In this document: piece by piece, positions 7,385 to 14,730 of the stretch | How the letters are laid out: every line of letters starts with the position of its first letter | Numbering within the stretch: position 1 is the first letter of the stretch | From: Trichlorobacter lovleyi SZ | GTDB lineage: Bacteria > Desulfobacterota > Desulfuromonadia > Geobacterales > Pseudopelobacteraceae | DNA: 32,000 bases | Direction: 5' to 3' | Assembly: GCF_000020385.1 (NCBI RefSeq) | Contig: NC_010814.1 | Location: 60,001-92,000 of the forward strand | Made by a program: the position numbers and the translations under genes | The notes under the pieces: model-generated | Database searches by the model: none | Seen by the model: only the letters and a program-made list of their open reading frames with translations | Told to the model about the DNA's origin: nothing

Positions 7385-8578
7385 TTATGCAGGGCAGCCC
7401 ATTTCAGCGCCTGCAACAAACACCTGATCAAGCAGCCTCAGGCAGGTATCCACCTCATCCGCGCTTACATTCAGGGCCGGCATGAAGCGCAGGGTATCGG
7501 GCCGGGCGGCATTGATAATCAGGCCAAGCTCACGGGCGGCCTCGGTAACGGCATCCCCGTTATTGGCCGGAAGTGCCAGGGCCTGCAGCAGTCCGCTGCC
7601 CCGAACCTCGCCCAGGCCATGCCGTGTGGAGAGCTTCCGCAGCCCATTGGCCAGCTGCACCCCTCTCTCACGGACCTGTTCCAGAAAACCGGGCTGCAGC
7701 ATGGCTTCCAGCACAGCACAGCCAACCGCAGCCATCAGCGGATTACCATTGTAGGTGCCGCCCTGGTCACCCGGTTCAAAACAGCAGACCGCCTCCTTGG
7801 CCAGCAGGGCAGCCAAAGGGACCCCGCCGCCGATCCCCTTGCCCAGGCTCATGATATCCGGCTCTACTCCGGCCTGCTGGTATGCAAACAGTGAGCCGAG
7901 CCGCCCCATGCCGGTCTGGACCTCATCAAAGATCAGCAGCAGCTGGTGCTGATCAGCCAACTGCCGCAGACCCTGCAGAAAGAGTTGACTGGCCGGGATC
8001 ACCCCGGCCTCGCCCTGCACCGGTTCCAGCATGATCGCCACCGTACGCTCTGAAATGGCCGCTGTTACCGCCTCAAGGTCATTCAGTCCTACCTTGATGA
8101 AGCCGGGCACCTTGGGCTCGAACAGCCCCTGCCAGTGCGGCTTGCCCGAGGCGGACATGGTTGCCAGGGTACGGCCATGGAAGCCGTTGACCATGGTGAT
8201 GATCTCATAGGCGCCCTGCTTGTGCAGGCTGCCCCACTTGCGCGCCAGCTTGATGGCCCCTTCATTGGCCTCTGCCCCGCTGTTGGCAAAAAAGACCCGC
8301 TCAAAGCAGCTGTTGGCGGTCAGCAGGTCAGCCAGCCGGATGGCAGGCTGATTGTAAAAGGCCGGGCTGGGGCTGATCAACTGAGCTGCCTGCTGGCTGA
8401 GGGCCTGCGTGATCACGGCTGGCGCATGCCCCAGGCAGTTGACTGCCCAGCCCTGGATAAAATCCAGGTAGCGCTTGCCATTGCTGTCTGTCAGCCACGA
8501 GCCCTGGCCTGCCACCATTACAATCGGTGGCCGTTTGGTGATGGTCATCAACGAATCAAATGCGCTGCTTTCAGACAT
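7385..8578 (-). CDS. argD: Class-III PLP aminotransferase, acetylornithine aminotransferase-like
   Basis: Motifs [30 protein letters not shown] and SLGKGIGGG (PLP lysine). Start placed at MSESS (8578) behind GGAGGAGG. The track's 45-aa N-terminal extension to 8713 crosses a terminator hairpin. The symbol is tentative because this may be a paralogue. Confidence 0.85.
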   Translation of the reverse strand: MSESSAFDSLMTITKRPPIVMVAGQGSWLTDSNGKRYLDFIQGWAVNCLGHAPAVITQALSQQAAQLISPSPAFYNQPAIRLADLLTANSCFERVFFANSGAEANEGAIKLARKWGSLHKQGAYEIITMVNGFHGRTLATMSASGKPHWQGLFEPKVPGFIKVGLNDLEAVTAAISERTVAIMLEPVQGEAGVIPASQLFLQGLRQLADQHQLLLIFDEVQTGMGRLGSLFAYQQAGVEPDIMSLGKGIGGGVPLAALLAKEAVCCFEPGDQGGTYNGNPLMAAVGCAVLEAMLQPGFLEQVRERGVQLANGLRKLSTRHGLGEVRGSGLLQALALPANNGDAVTEAARELGLIINAARPDTLRFMPALNVSADEVDTCLRLLDQVFVAGAEMGCPA

Positions 8579-8614
8579 GGTTCCTCCTCCTTGCTGTGCC
8601 GTCTGTGGAGGGGG

Positions 8615-8649
8615 AAATAAAAAAGCCCGCCTCCATGGGAGACGGGCTT
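8615..8649 (-). terminator. Rho-independent terminator-like hairpin just upstream of the aminotransferase RBS
   Basis: The minus-strand RNA reads AAGCCCGUCUCC-CAU-GGAGGCGGGCUU followed by UUUUAUUU. The single mismatch is G-U only on the minus-strand transcript, so it is strand-specific. Confidence 0.7.
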
Positions 8650-8847
8650 GGGTAATTGGCTGTGATGAATTAAACGGACGTACCTTACTCCATTGCACCG
8701 TGCATGGTGACACCTCTGTGCGCTATGAAGGAGTGACGTCGGATCATGGTCAAGAGCTTGCCTCAAAATTCGCAGCCCTGTCAATTGTTTTCAAGATTCT
8801 TTGGCAGATCAATCACGGTTACCCCTGCAACCGTAGCAAGCCATGTG

Positions 8848-8919
8848 CGATAACGGGGCTCGGCATGACCTGCGCGGCAAGTTCTTTTTGCCGCGTCAGC
8901 GTCTATGCCGGTGTTGGAA
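8848..8919 (-). repeat. 72-bp attC/59-be-like imperfect palindrome (element D) downstream of the TIR gene
   Basis: The minus strand reads TTCCAAC-ac-CGGCAT-agacgctga-CGCGGCAA-aaagaac-TTGCCGCG-caggtc-ATGCCG-agCCCCGTTATCG. There are two paired segments with asymmetric internal bulges. The TTCCAAC box begins 13 nt after the TIR stop. Confidence 0.6.
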
Positions 8920-8931
8920 ATCTAATTCATG

Positions 8932-10086
8932 TCATAAGTTATAAGAGGCTACCGCGTGTAGATGAGGTCCGTCTTCCCTGAGATAAGACAATAACTCATA
9001 AAATGACACATCTACGCTCCATCGCCCCATGGCATAACCACTGACTTGACCTGTTGGAAAGAGGAATGTGAAGCGGTCTGCGCTGACAGTGTATGTTTTG
9101 AAATGACTAGCATCTTCACCAGCACCGTTTTTAAATGATTCGATCTGAAAATCACTCGGTGTCTCTCCAGTTCGGTGCCAGTACTCTTTCGATAGCTCAT
9201 GGATGCATATTTCACTTATCCTTTTGATAGCACCTTGAGAATCTGAAAAGAAATCGGTTAGTTCAAGCTTGCGCACTTTGTCGACGTACTCAAAATTATA
9301 TGTTACGTAATAATAATTGGGGTGGGCCGCACCTGCATAGTACAGCCCAACATCATATGTGAGACTCAGGAATCGGTCAGTGGCATGGACAATCGCGAAA
9401 TTTTCCCAACAGCCATTTACCGCAGCAGCCCCTCTGGTTTTAAAAAATTCAGGCTCCTGTTCCCATGGCTTCTGCCTTGCGTCGATCAGGTCCGCGTATG
9501 CTCTCCCTACGAACAGGGCAGACAGTTCTTTAGCGACATCGGGCTTTGATGTGGACTGAAATCTTGGATACTCGATCTCGATATTGTGACCAGGCAAACC
9601 GTCCCAGTTATCTTCTATTCTTTCCGTAAAGACATTGAAAGGACCTGCAACTACACCATGTTCCAATTCGATTGATTGCTGCTCAGATGCCAGTCTGAGT
9701 GCTGCCTTGACCTGATCCCAAGCGCCTGGAACATTAAGGTCAACGTATTGTAGCCGAGCAGCTATGTGAGTCGGTACCTCGCAAGGCTCAAGCAGCAGCG
9801 GTATTACGTAAATATCTGTAAGTTGCTTATATCTTAGGCGTTCTATCGCATCATTAGCTTCTCTCTGCACAAAGCCTCGCTTTGTCACGCTTCGCTTGCT
9901 GAGCAAAAGCACTACTACATTTGCATCGCTAAAAGCCCGCTCTATTTCCGCTTCCCAGTTCTGGCCTGGCAATAGGTGCTTAGAATCAACCCACGGGGAA
10001 ACTCCCTCTTTAGCCAGAAGTTCATAATAGTGCTCGGCACTTTCGCGGTCCTCCTTGGCATAGCTAATAAAGACTTTCAGAGCCAC
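8932..10086 (-). CDS. TIR-domain protein fused to an RsiV/PdaC-like DUF4163-DUF3298 domain
   Basis: GTG start with GGAG 5 nt upstream. N-terminal TIR pattern: KVFISYAKEDRE.A......L...GV.PWVD......G..W...I..A....NVVVLLLSKRSV.....VQRE. The C-terminal part shows IEIEYPRF.S......ELS, YYAGAAHPNYYYVTYNF....K..EL.DFF and FLFPTGQVSGYAMGRWSVDVSFYEL, matching my memory of DUF4163/DUF3298. About 45% GC. Confidence 0.75.
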   Translation of the reverse strand: MALKVFISYAKEDRESAEHYYELLAKEGVSPWVDSKHLLPGQNWEAEIERAFSDANVVVLLLSKRSVTKRGFVQREANDAIERLRYKQLTDIYVIPLLLEPCEVPTHIAARLQYVDLNVPGAWDQVKAALRLASEQQSIELEHGVVAGPFNVFTERIEDNWDGLPGHNIEIEYPRFQSTSKPDVAKELSALFVGRAYADLIDARQKPWEQEPEFFKTRGAAAVNGCWENFAIVHATDRFLSLTYDVGLYYAGAAHPNYYYVTYNFEYVDKVRKLELTDFFSDSQGAIKRISEICIHELSKEYWHRTGETPSDFQIESFKNGAGEDASHFKTYTVSADRFTFLFPTGQVSGYAMGRWSVDVSFYELLSYLREDGPHLHAVASYNL

Positions 10087-10111
10087 ATTATCTCCATTTA
10101 TTACTTTTGTT

Positions 10112-10180
10112 TTCCAACTTGCTATTCACCGGTTCACGCGCGCGCGTGAACCGGTGAACCTCCCAAACGGAATATTTATC
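10112..10180. repeat. Conserved junction repeat, copy 1, containing a perfect 34-bp GC palindrome
   Basis: TTCCAAC-ttgctat-TTCACCGGTTCACGCGCGCGCGTGAACCGGTGAA-cctCCCAAACGGAATATTTATC. The segment 10125-10158 is its own reverse complement. It lies between the PIN stop and the TIR start and aligns with 31015-31087. Confidence 0.85.
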
Positions 10181-10592
10181 CCGCTGCTGCAAAATATCCT
10201 TCTGCCGTGACCACACGGATGCTGCTCTTACGGTAATGCCGGACATTACGGGTGATCAGCCCGGAGCAGCGTGCGCTGAGTGCGCAAAAATACTGCAGCG
10301 CATCTTCAAAGTCGGTAAACCCGGCATGCAGGGCCTGCTCAACAATGGTATCATCCACCGCAACCACACTGACCAACTGTTTGAAGGTGCGCAGCACTTG
10401 TTGGGCCTGCGGGCCAGAGTGCTGCTTTCTCAGCAGATAGAACAGATTGGCAAAGGTAAGTGAAGAAACGCACAAAGTCAGGTTGCCTGCCTCTGCCTCT
10501 GAAAAAAGCCGCGCAGCAGCGTCATAAAACGGCTCACGCCGCGCAAGCAGATCAAGCACAACATCCGTATCAACGAACAGATACGGCTTCAT
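10176..10592 (-). CDS. PIN-domain toxin (VapC-like)
   Basis: 138 aa with N-terminal FVDTDVVLDLL, acidic residues spaced as in PIN domains, and ...DFEDALQ.... It overlaps the upstream antitoxin gene by 4 nt. Confidence 0.85.
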   Translation of the reverse strand: MKPYLFVDTDVVLDLLARREPFYDAAARLFSEAEAGNLTLCVSSLTFANLFYLLRKQHSGPQAQQVLRTFKQLVSVVAVDDTIVEQALHAGFTDFEDALQYFCALSARCSGLITRNVRHYRKSSIRVVTAEGYFAAAG

Positions 10593-10834
10593 CGGTATTT
10601 ATCCGCCAGATAATCGGTATAGTCCCGCTTGTAATCTTTGACTTTGGCAGCATCAAGTACGCCGGAAAGCTGGGCCACCAGTGGCGTTACCGGCCTGGTC
10701 TGCTCTTTGGGCGCAGAAACCTGCCGCAGGTAGCCTTCAATCAGCTTTGAAAGGCTCTGGTGCTGCGATTGGGCAAAGCGTTTGGCCTGTTCAATTACAT
10801 CGTGATCAAGGCTTAAGGTAAGTTTTGTGTTCAT
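10589..10834 (-). CDS. DUF6364-type antitoxin partner of the PIN toxin
   Basis: 81 aa. MNTKLTLSLDHDVIEQAKRFAQSQHQSLSKLIEGYL matches the pattern I recall for DUF6364 antitoxins. AAGGAG lies upstream of the ATG. Confidence 0.75.
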   Translation of the reverse strand: MNTKLTLSLDHDVIEQAKRFAQSQHQSLSKLIEGYLRQVSAPKEQTRPVTPLVAQLSGVLDAAKVKDYKRDYTDYLADKYR

Positions 10835-10849
10835 GGCATCTCCTTGCTG

Positions 10850-10894
10850 TACGTATAGACAAAATAATTATACGTAAACATCAAGATAAAGCAA
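10850..10894 (-). promoter_or_regulatory. Candidate sigma-70 promoter with overlapping operator for the antitoxin-PIN operon
   Basis: On the minus strand: TTGCTT (rc of 10889-10894), 16 nt, then TATAAT (rc of 10867-10872). An 8-bp inverted repeat TACGTATA/TATACGTA (10850-10857 and 10869-10876) overlaps the -10 element. Confidence 0.5.
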
Positions 10895-10931
10895 GCACAG
10901 TATGCAGATTAAAAACCGCCTCATCAGCAGT

Positions 10932-12152
10932 CTACTCCCTCTTTCCCAGCGTATCAACCTGTGCCAGTTGCGGGAACAACCGTATCCAGAGCCCTACCAC
11001 CAGCAAGGTGCCAATCCCACCGACCAACACCGAGGGCACCGTGCCGAACAGGGCAGCTGTGGCGCCGGACTCAAACTCGCCCAGTTGGTTGGAGGTGCCG
11101 ATAAACAGGGAGTTGACCGCACTGACCCGGCCACGCATTGCATCCGGGGTCTCGATCTGCACCAGTGAGGAACGAATCACCACGCTGATCACATCAGCCG
11201 CACCCAATACCACCAAAGCCACCAGCGAGAGCCAGAACAGCCGCGACAGGGCAAATACGATGGTGGCAATGCCAAACAGGGCCACAGCCCGGAACATGGT
11301 GCGGCCCACCCGACGCTTGAGCGGCCTGCGGGCCAGCCAGAGCGACATACCTAGGGCGCCTGCTGCCGGTGCAGAACGCAGTAGGCCCAGACCCCAGGGG
11401 CCGGTGACCAGGATATCGCGGGCATAGATCGGCAAGAGCGCCGTGGCACCGCCCAGCAAGACCGCGAACAGGTCAAGGGAGATGGCACCCAGCACCACCG
11501 GGTGTTGTTTGATAAAGGAGATGCCGGCAAACAGGGAGCGGTCACCGGTTGCCTCTGTGGTGAGGGTGTCTGACGGCCGGATGCAGGAGATCAGGATGCA
11601 GGCAGCCAGAAACAGCACGCCAATGGTGCTATAGACCGTGGTCACGCCAGCAGCGTACAACAGCCCGCCAATGGCCGGGCCCACAATGGTGGCGGTCTGG
11701 TTGGCCGAGGCAGACAGCGCCAGGGCGCGGGGCAGGTGCTCGCGCGGGACCAGACGCGGCACCAGGGCATGCATGGTGGGGTACTCAAAGGCCCGCGCAC
11801 TGCCGATCACACACATGACCGCCAGCAGGGCCTCCTTGCCAAGCCAGTGGTAATGGCTGCCAAGCACCAGCGCTGCTGCTGCCAGGGCCTCGATAAACTG
11901 GCAGGTACGGGCGATGGTGCGGCGGTCGTAGCGGTCAGCCGCATGACCTGCCACCAGGGTCAGCAGGACCATTGGCAGAAACTGGGCCAGTCCCACCAGC
12001 CCCAGGTACCAGGCGCTGCTGGTCAGGGCATACATCTGCCAGCCCACAGCCACCCCCAGCATCTGAAAGGCGATGGAGGAACCCATCCGGCCGAACAGAA
12101 ACAGGACCAGCGGCTGGGCCAGCGGGCTTTTGGTGGTATGAGCAGGCGTCAT
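10932..12152 (-). CDS. MFS transporter
   Basis: 406 aa with about 12 hydrophobic segments and the DRYDRR loop motif after TM2 that is typical of MFS. Confidence 0.85.
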   Translation of the reverse strand: MTPAHTTKSPLAQPLVLFLFGRMGSSIAFQMLGVAVGWQMYALTSSAWYLGLVGLAQFLPMVLLTLVAGHAADRYDRRTIARTCQFIEALAAAALVLGSHYHWLGKEALLAVMCVIGSARAFEYPTMHALVPRLVPREHLPRALALSASANQTATIVGPAIGGLLYAAGVTTVYSTIGVLFLAACILISCIRPSDTLTTEATGDRSLFAGISFIKQHPVVLGAISLDLFAVLLGGATALLPIYARDILVTGPWGLGLLRSAPAAGALGMSLWLARRPLKRRVGRTMFRAVALFGIATIVFALSRLFWLSLVALVVLGAADVISVVIRSSLVQIETPDAMRGRVSAVNSLFIGTSNQLGEFESGATAALFGTVPSVLVGGIGTLLVVGLWIRLFPQLAQVDTLGKRE

Positions 12153-12283
12153 AACAGGTTGGGATTGGAGCGGGGCAGGCCGTTATGACCTGCCCGCTTA
12201 CCAGGGTTGAGAAAAACGTCAAGAGGAAGACCGGCAAGGCATAGCCCACGCAACGCCTCAAACAGTCTCCGCACTGGTATTTT

Positions 12284-13450
12284 TTAGTGCAGGAACAGCC
12301 GCAGCCCGGTGTGATACATGGTCATGCCGTACTGCTGGGCTGCCACGGTCACCTCTTCATCCCGCAGGGAGCTGCCGGCATGGGCCACAAATTGGACATT
12401 GCTGCGGTTGGCGCGGTCGATGTTGTCACGGAACGGGATATAGGCATCGGATGAGAGGCAGATCCCCTGGAAACGCTGCACCCATTCCAGCCGTTCCTGG
12501 CTGCTGACCGGTTCAGGCGCCCGGGTCAGGCCGGACAGCATCTGGGCCCGCTCCGGCTCGGAAAGCTGATCCCAGAGCAGGTACTGGTCAACGATGTTGG
12601 CCTTTTCAGGCTTCTTGAGCCCATCCTTGAATGCCAGCCCCAGCACCTTGGGATGTTGCTGCAGCAGCCATTTTTCCGCCTTGTCGCAGGCCAGACGGGT
12701 GCAGTGCACACGGGATTGTTGGCCAGCCCCCATGCCGATCACTTGGCCTTCCAGGGCCAGGCAGACCGAGTTGGACTGGGTGTATTTGAGGGCAATGGTG
12801 GCCACGATCAGGGTCTCCAGTACCTCGGGTGAGAGTTCCTTGCTGGTGGTGACCGCATTCTGGAACAGCGCCTCGGTGATCTTGGTGGTGTTGCGCTGCT
12901 GACGCAGACCAAAGCCGAACAGCTCGCGGTACTCGACCCCTTCGGCCTCATAGGTGGGATCGATCTGGAAGATCAGGTAGCCGCCACCCTTTTTGGCCTT
13001 GAGGATCTCCAGCGCCTCAGGCTCAAAGCCGGGTGCGATGATCAGGTCCGAGACCTCCGTCTTCAGGACCTTGGCCAGGGAGACATCCACCACGTCGCTG
13101 ACTGCGGCCACATCGCCAAAGGAACACATCCGGTCGCCGCCCCTGGCACGGATATAGGCGTTGGCAACCGGCGAGAGCTCGCCCACGGTCAGAAACTGCG
13201 AAGCGCAGTACTCCGCGGACAGCGGACCGGACACGGCAGCACCTGCCGGGCTGGTATGCTTGAACGAGGCAGCGCCCGGCTTGCCGGTGGCAGCCTTCAG
13301 CTCGCGGGCAAGCTGCCAGGCGCCCAGGGCATCCAGGATGTTGATGTAGCTGGGGGTGCCGTTCAGGACCTTGAAGCCGGCCTGCTCCGGCAGTTCCAGG
13401 CTGGCAGGCACCTGATGGGGGTTACAACCGTACTTGAGTTCAATGTTCAT
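12284..13450 (-). CDS. AICAR formyltransferase domain protein (PurH-like, lacking the IMP cyclohydrolase/MGS domain)
   Basis: 388 aa starting directly with LKYGCNPHQ. It also has SFKHTSPAG and a C-terminal ...HTGLRLFLH as in PurH AICARFT domains. AAAGGA RBS present. Confidence 0.85.
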   Translation of the reverse strand: MNIELKYGCNPHQVPASLELPEQAGFKVLNGTPSYINILDALGAWQLARELKAATGKPGAASFKHTSPAGAAVSGPLSAEYCASQFLTVGELSPVANAYIRARGGDRMCSFGDVAAVSDVVDVSLAKVLKTEVSDLIIAPGFEPEALEILKAKKGGGYLIFQIDPTYEAEGVEYRELFGFGLRQQRNTTKITEALFQNAVTTSKELSPEVLETLIVATIALKYTQSNSVCLALEGQVIGMGAGQQSRVHCTRLACDKAEKWLLQQHPKVLGLAFKDGLKKPEKANIVDQYLLWDQLSEPERAQMLSGLTRAPEPVSSQERLEWVQRFQGICLSSDAYIPFRDNIDRANRSNVQFVAHAGSSLRDEEVTVAAQQYGMTMYHTGLRLFLH

Positions 13451-13461
13451 TATTTATCCTT

Positions 13462-14640
13462 TCAATTTTCACCCTCGGCCTCCTTGGCCAGAGGTAGCAG
13501 AATGGTAAAGGTTGTGCCGACGCCGACTTCACTTTGCACATCGATCCGGCCGCCATGCTTGTTGACCACAATATCGTATGCGATGGCCAGGCCCAGCCCG
13601 GTCCCTGTGCCCACCTCTTTGGTGGTAAAAAACGGGTCGAATATCCGCTGCAGATGCTCCGGCGCAATACCGCAACCGGTATCGCTGATGCTGATCCGGA
13701 CCAAGCCGTCCTCTTCCCGGGTCGTCAGTCTGATTTCACCCTGCTCCGCAATGGCATGGGCCGCGTTTACCAGGATGTTCAAAAATACCTGATTGAGCTG
13801 CCCCAGGTTGCACCAGACAGGCGGCAGCTGACCATAATCCCTGATCACGTTCGTTTTGTACTTCAGCTCGTTAGCGGCGATGGAGAGGGTGCTCTCCAGC
13901 CCTTCGTGGATATCGGCAGCGGCAAACTCCCCGCCATCCACCCTGGAGAAGCTCTTCAGGTCCTGCACGATCTTACGGACGCGCTGCGCCCCCTCAGATG
14001 TTTCGGCAAGCAGGTCCGGCAGATCCTGGCGAATCCGGTCGATCTTATAGGTCTGGCGCTCCCGGGCCAGCAGCGCTCTGGTTGCCGGATCGCATCCGTT
14101 CAGAAGCCTTTCATCGGCATCCAGATACGCTGACAGCTTTTCCACGTATTTGCCGAGACTTGCCAGGTTGCTGATGATGAAACCGATCGGGTTGTTGATT
14201 TCGTGGGCCACTCCGGCAGCCAATTGGCCGACGGAGGCCATTTTGTCCTGCTGGAGGAGCTGGGTCTGGGCCAGCTTCAGGTCGTCATAGGCCCGTTGCA
14301 CCTCTGCATTCCGGTCGTTCAGCTCACTCGTCCGCTCCTGTACGCGCTGCTCAAGCCCTTCATTTATCTCCTTCAATTTCAACTGATCCGATTTCTGATG
14401 CAGGATTAACCTTCCTACAAAAATCACGACCAGCAGCACCAGTATGCTGACAATAAAACCCGGCACTTCGCTCTTTATACCAAAAAACCGCATGCTTTGC
14501 TGAAACGACATCAGCATGATCATCAGGGTCAGCAGACCCATCTTCCAGCTTCTAATCCGTATCACGAGCACAATTGACCAGAGCAATGCGATCACGCGAA
14601 TCGTGATTGATAGAATGAGTTGATCGTTATAATTGAACAT
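13462..14640 (-). CDS. Membrane-bound sensor histidine kinase (no adjacent response regulator)
   Basis: N-terminal TM segments, H-box AAGVAHEINNP, N-box NILVNAAHA and G-boxes DTGCGI / GTGLGL. Start preferred at ATG 14640 rather than the TTG at 14646. Confidence 0.88.
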   Translation of the reverse strand: MFNYNDQLILSITIRVIALLWSIVLVIRIRSWKMGLLTLMIMLMSFQQSMRFFGIKSEVPGFIVSILVLLVVIFVGRLILHQKSDQLKLKEINEGLEQRVQERTSELNDRNAEVQRAYDDLKLAQTQLLQQDKMASVGQLAAGVAHEINNPIGFIISNLASLGKYVEKLSAYLDADERLLNGCDPATRALLARERQTYKIDRIRQDLPDLLAETSEGAQRVRKIVQDLKSFSRVDGGEFAAADIHEGLESTLSIAANELKYKTNVIRDYGQLPPVWCNLGQLNQVFLNILVNAAHAIAEQGEIRLTTREEDGLVRISISDTGCGIAPEHLQRIFDPFFTTKEVGTGTGLGLAIAYDIVVNKHGGRIDVQSEVGVGTTFTILLPLAKEAEGEN

Positions 14641-14730
14641 GGGCAATGGTCATCCTGTGGCGTCCGTATAAAATCCCTGCAGAGGCAGACTACTTTCAGG
14701 CACCGCAGGTTCTGTTTTGGTCAAGGATTG

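Noticed and set aside
8579-8713. 45-codon N-terminal extension of the aminotransferase ORF, with similar extensions at 17244-17462, 19151-19243 and 27741-27806
   Set aside because: In each case the internal start has a strong SD and gives a family-typical N-terminus. The aminotransferase extension would also have to be translated through a terminator hairpin.
10125-10158. GC palindromes as a CRISPR array or a simple terminator
   Set aside because: There are only two copies 21 kb apart, so they are not a CRISPR array. Neither strand has a U-run after the hairpin, so they are not classical intrinsic terminators.
10112-10180. Treating the GC-palindrome repeat as a canonical attC of the preceding PIN/Fic cassette
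   Set aside because: On the coding strand I find no RYYYAAC inverse core between the toxin stop and the palindrome, and no GTT partner on the other side. I report it only as a conserved junction repeat of unknown role.
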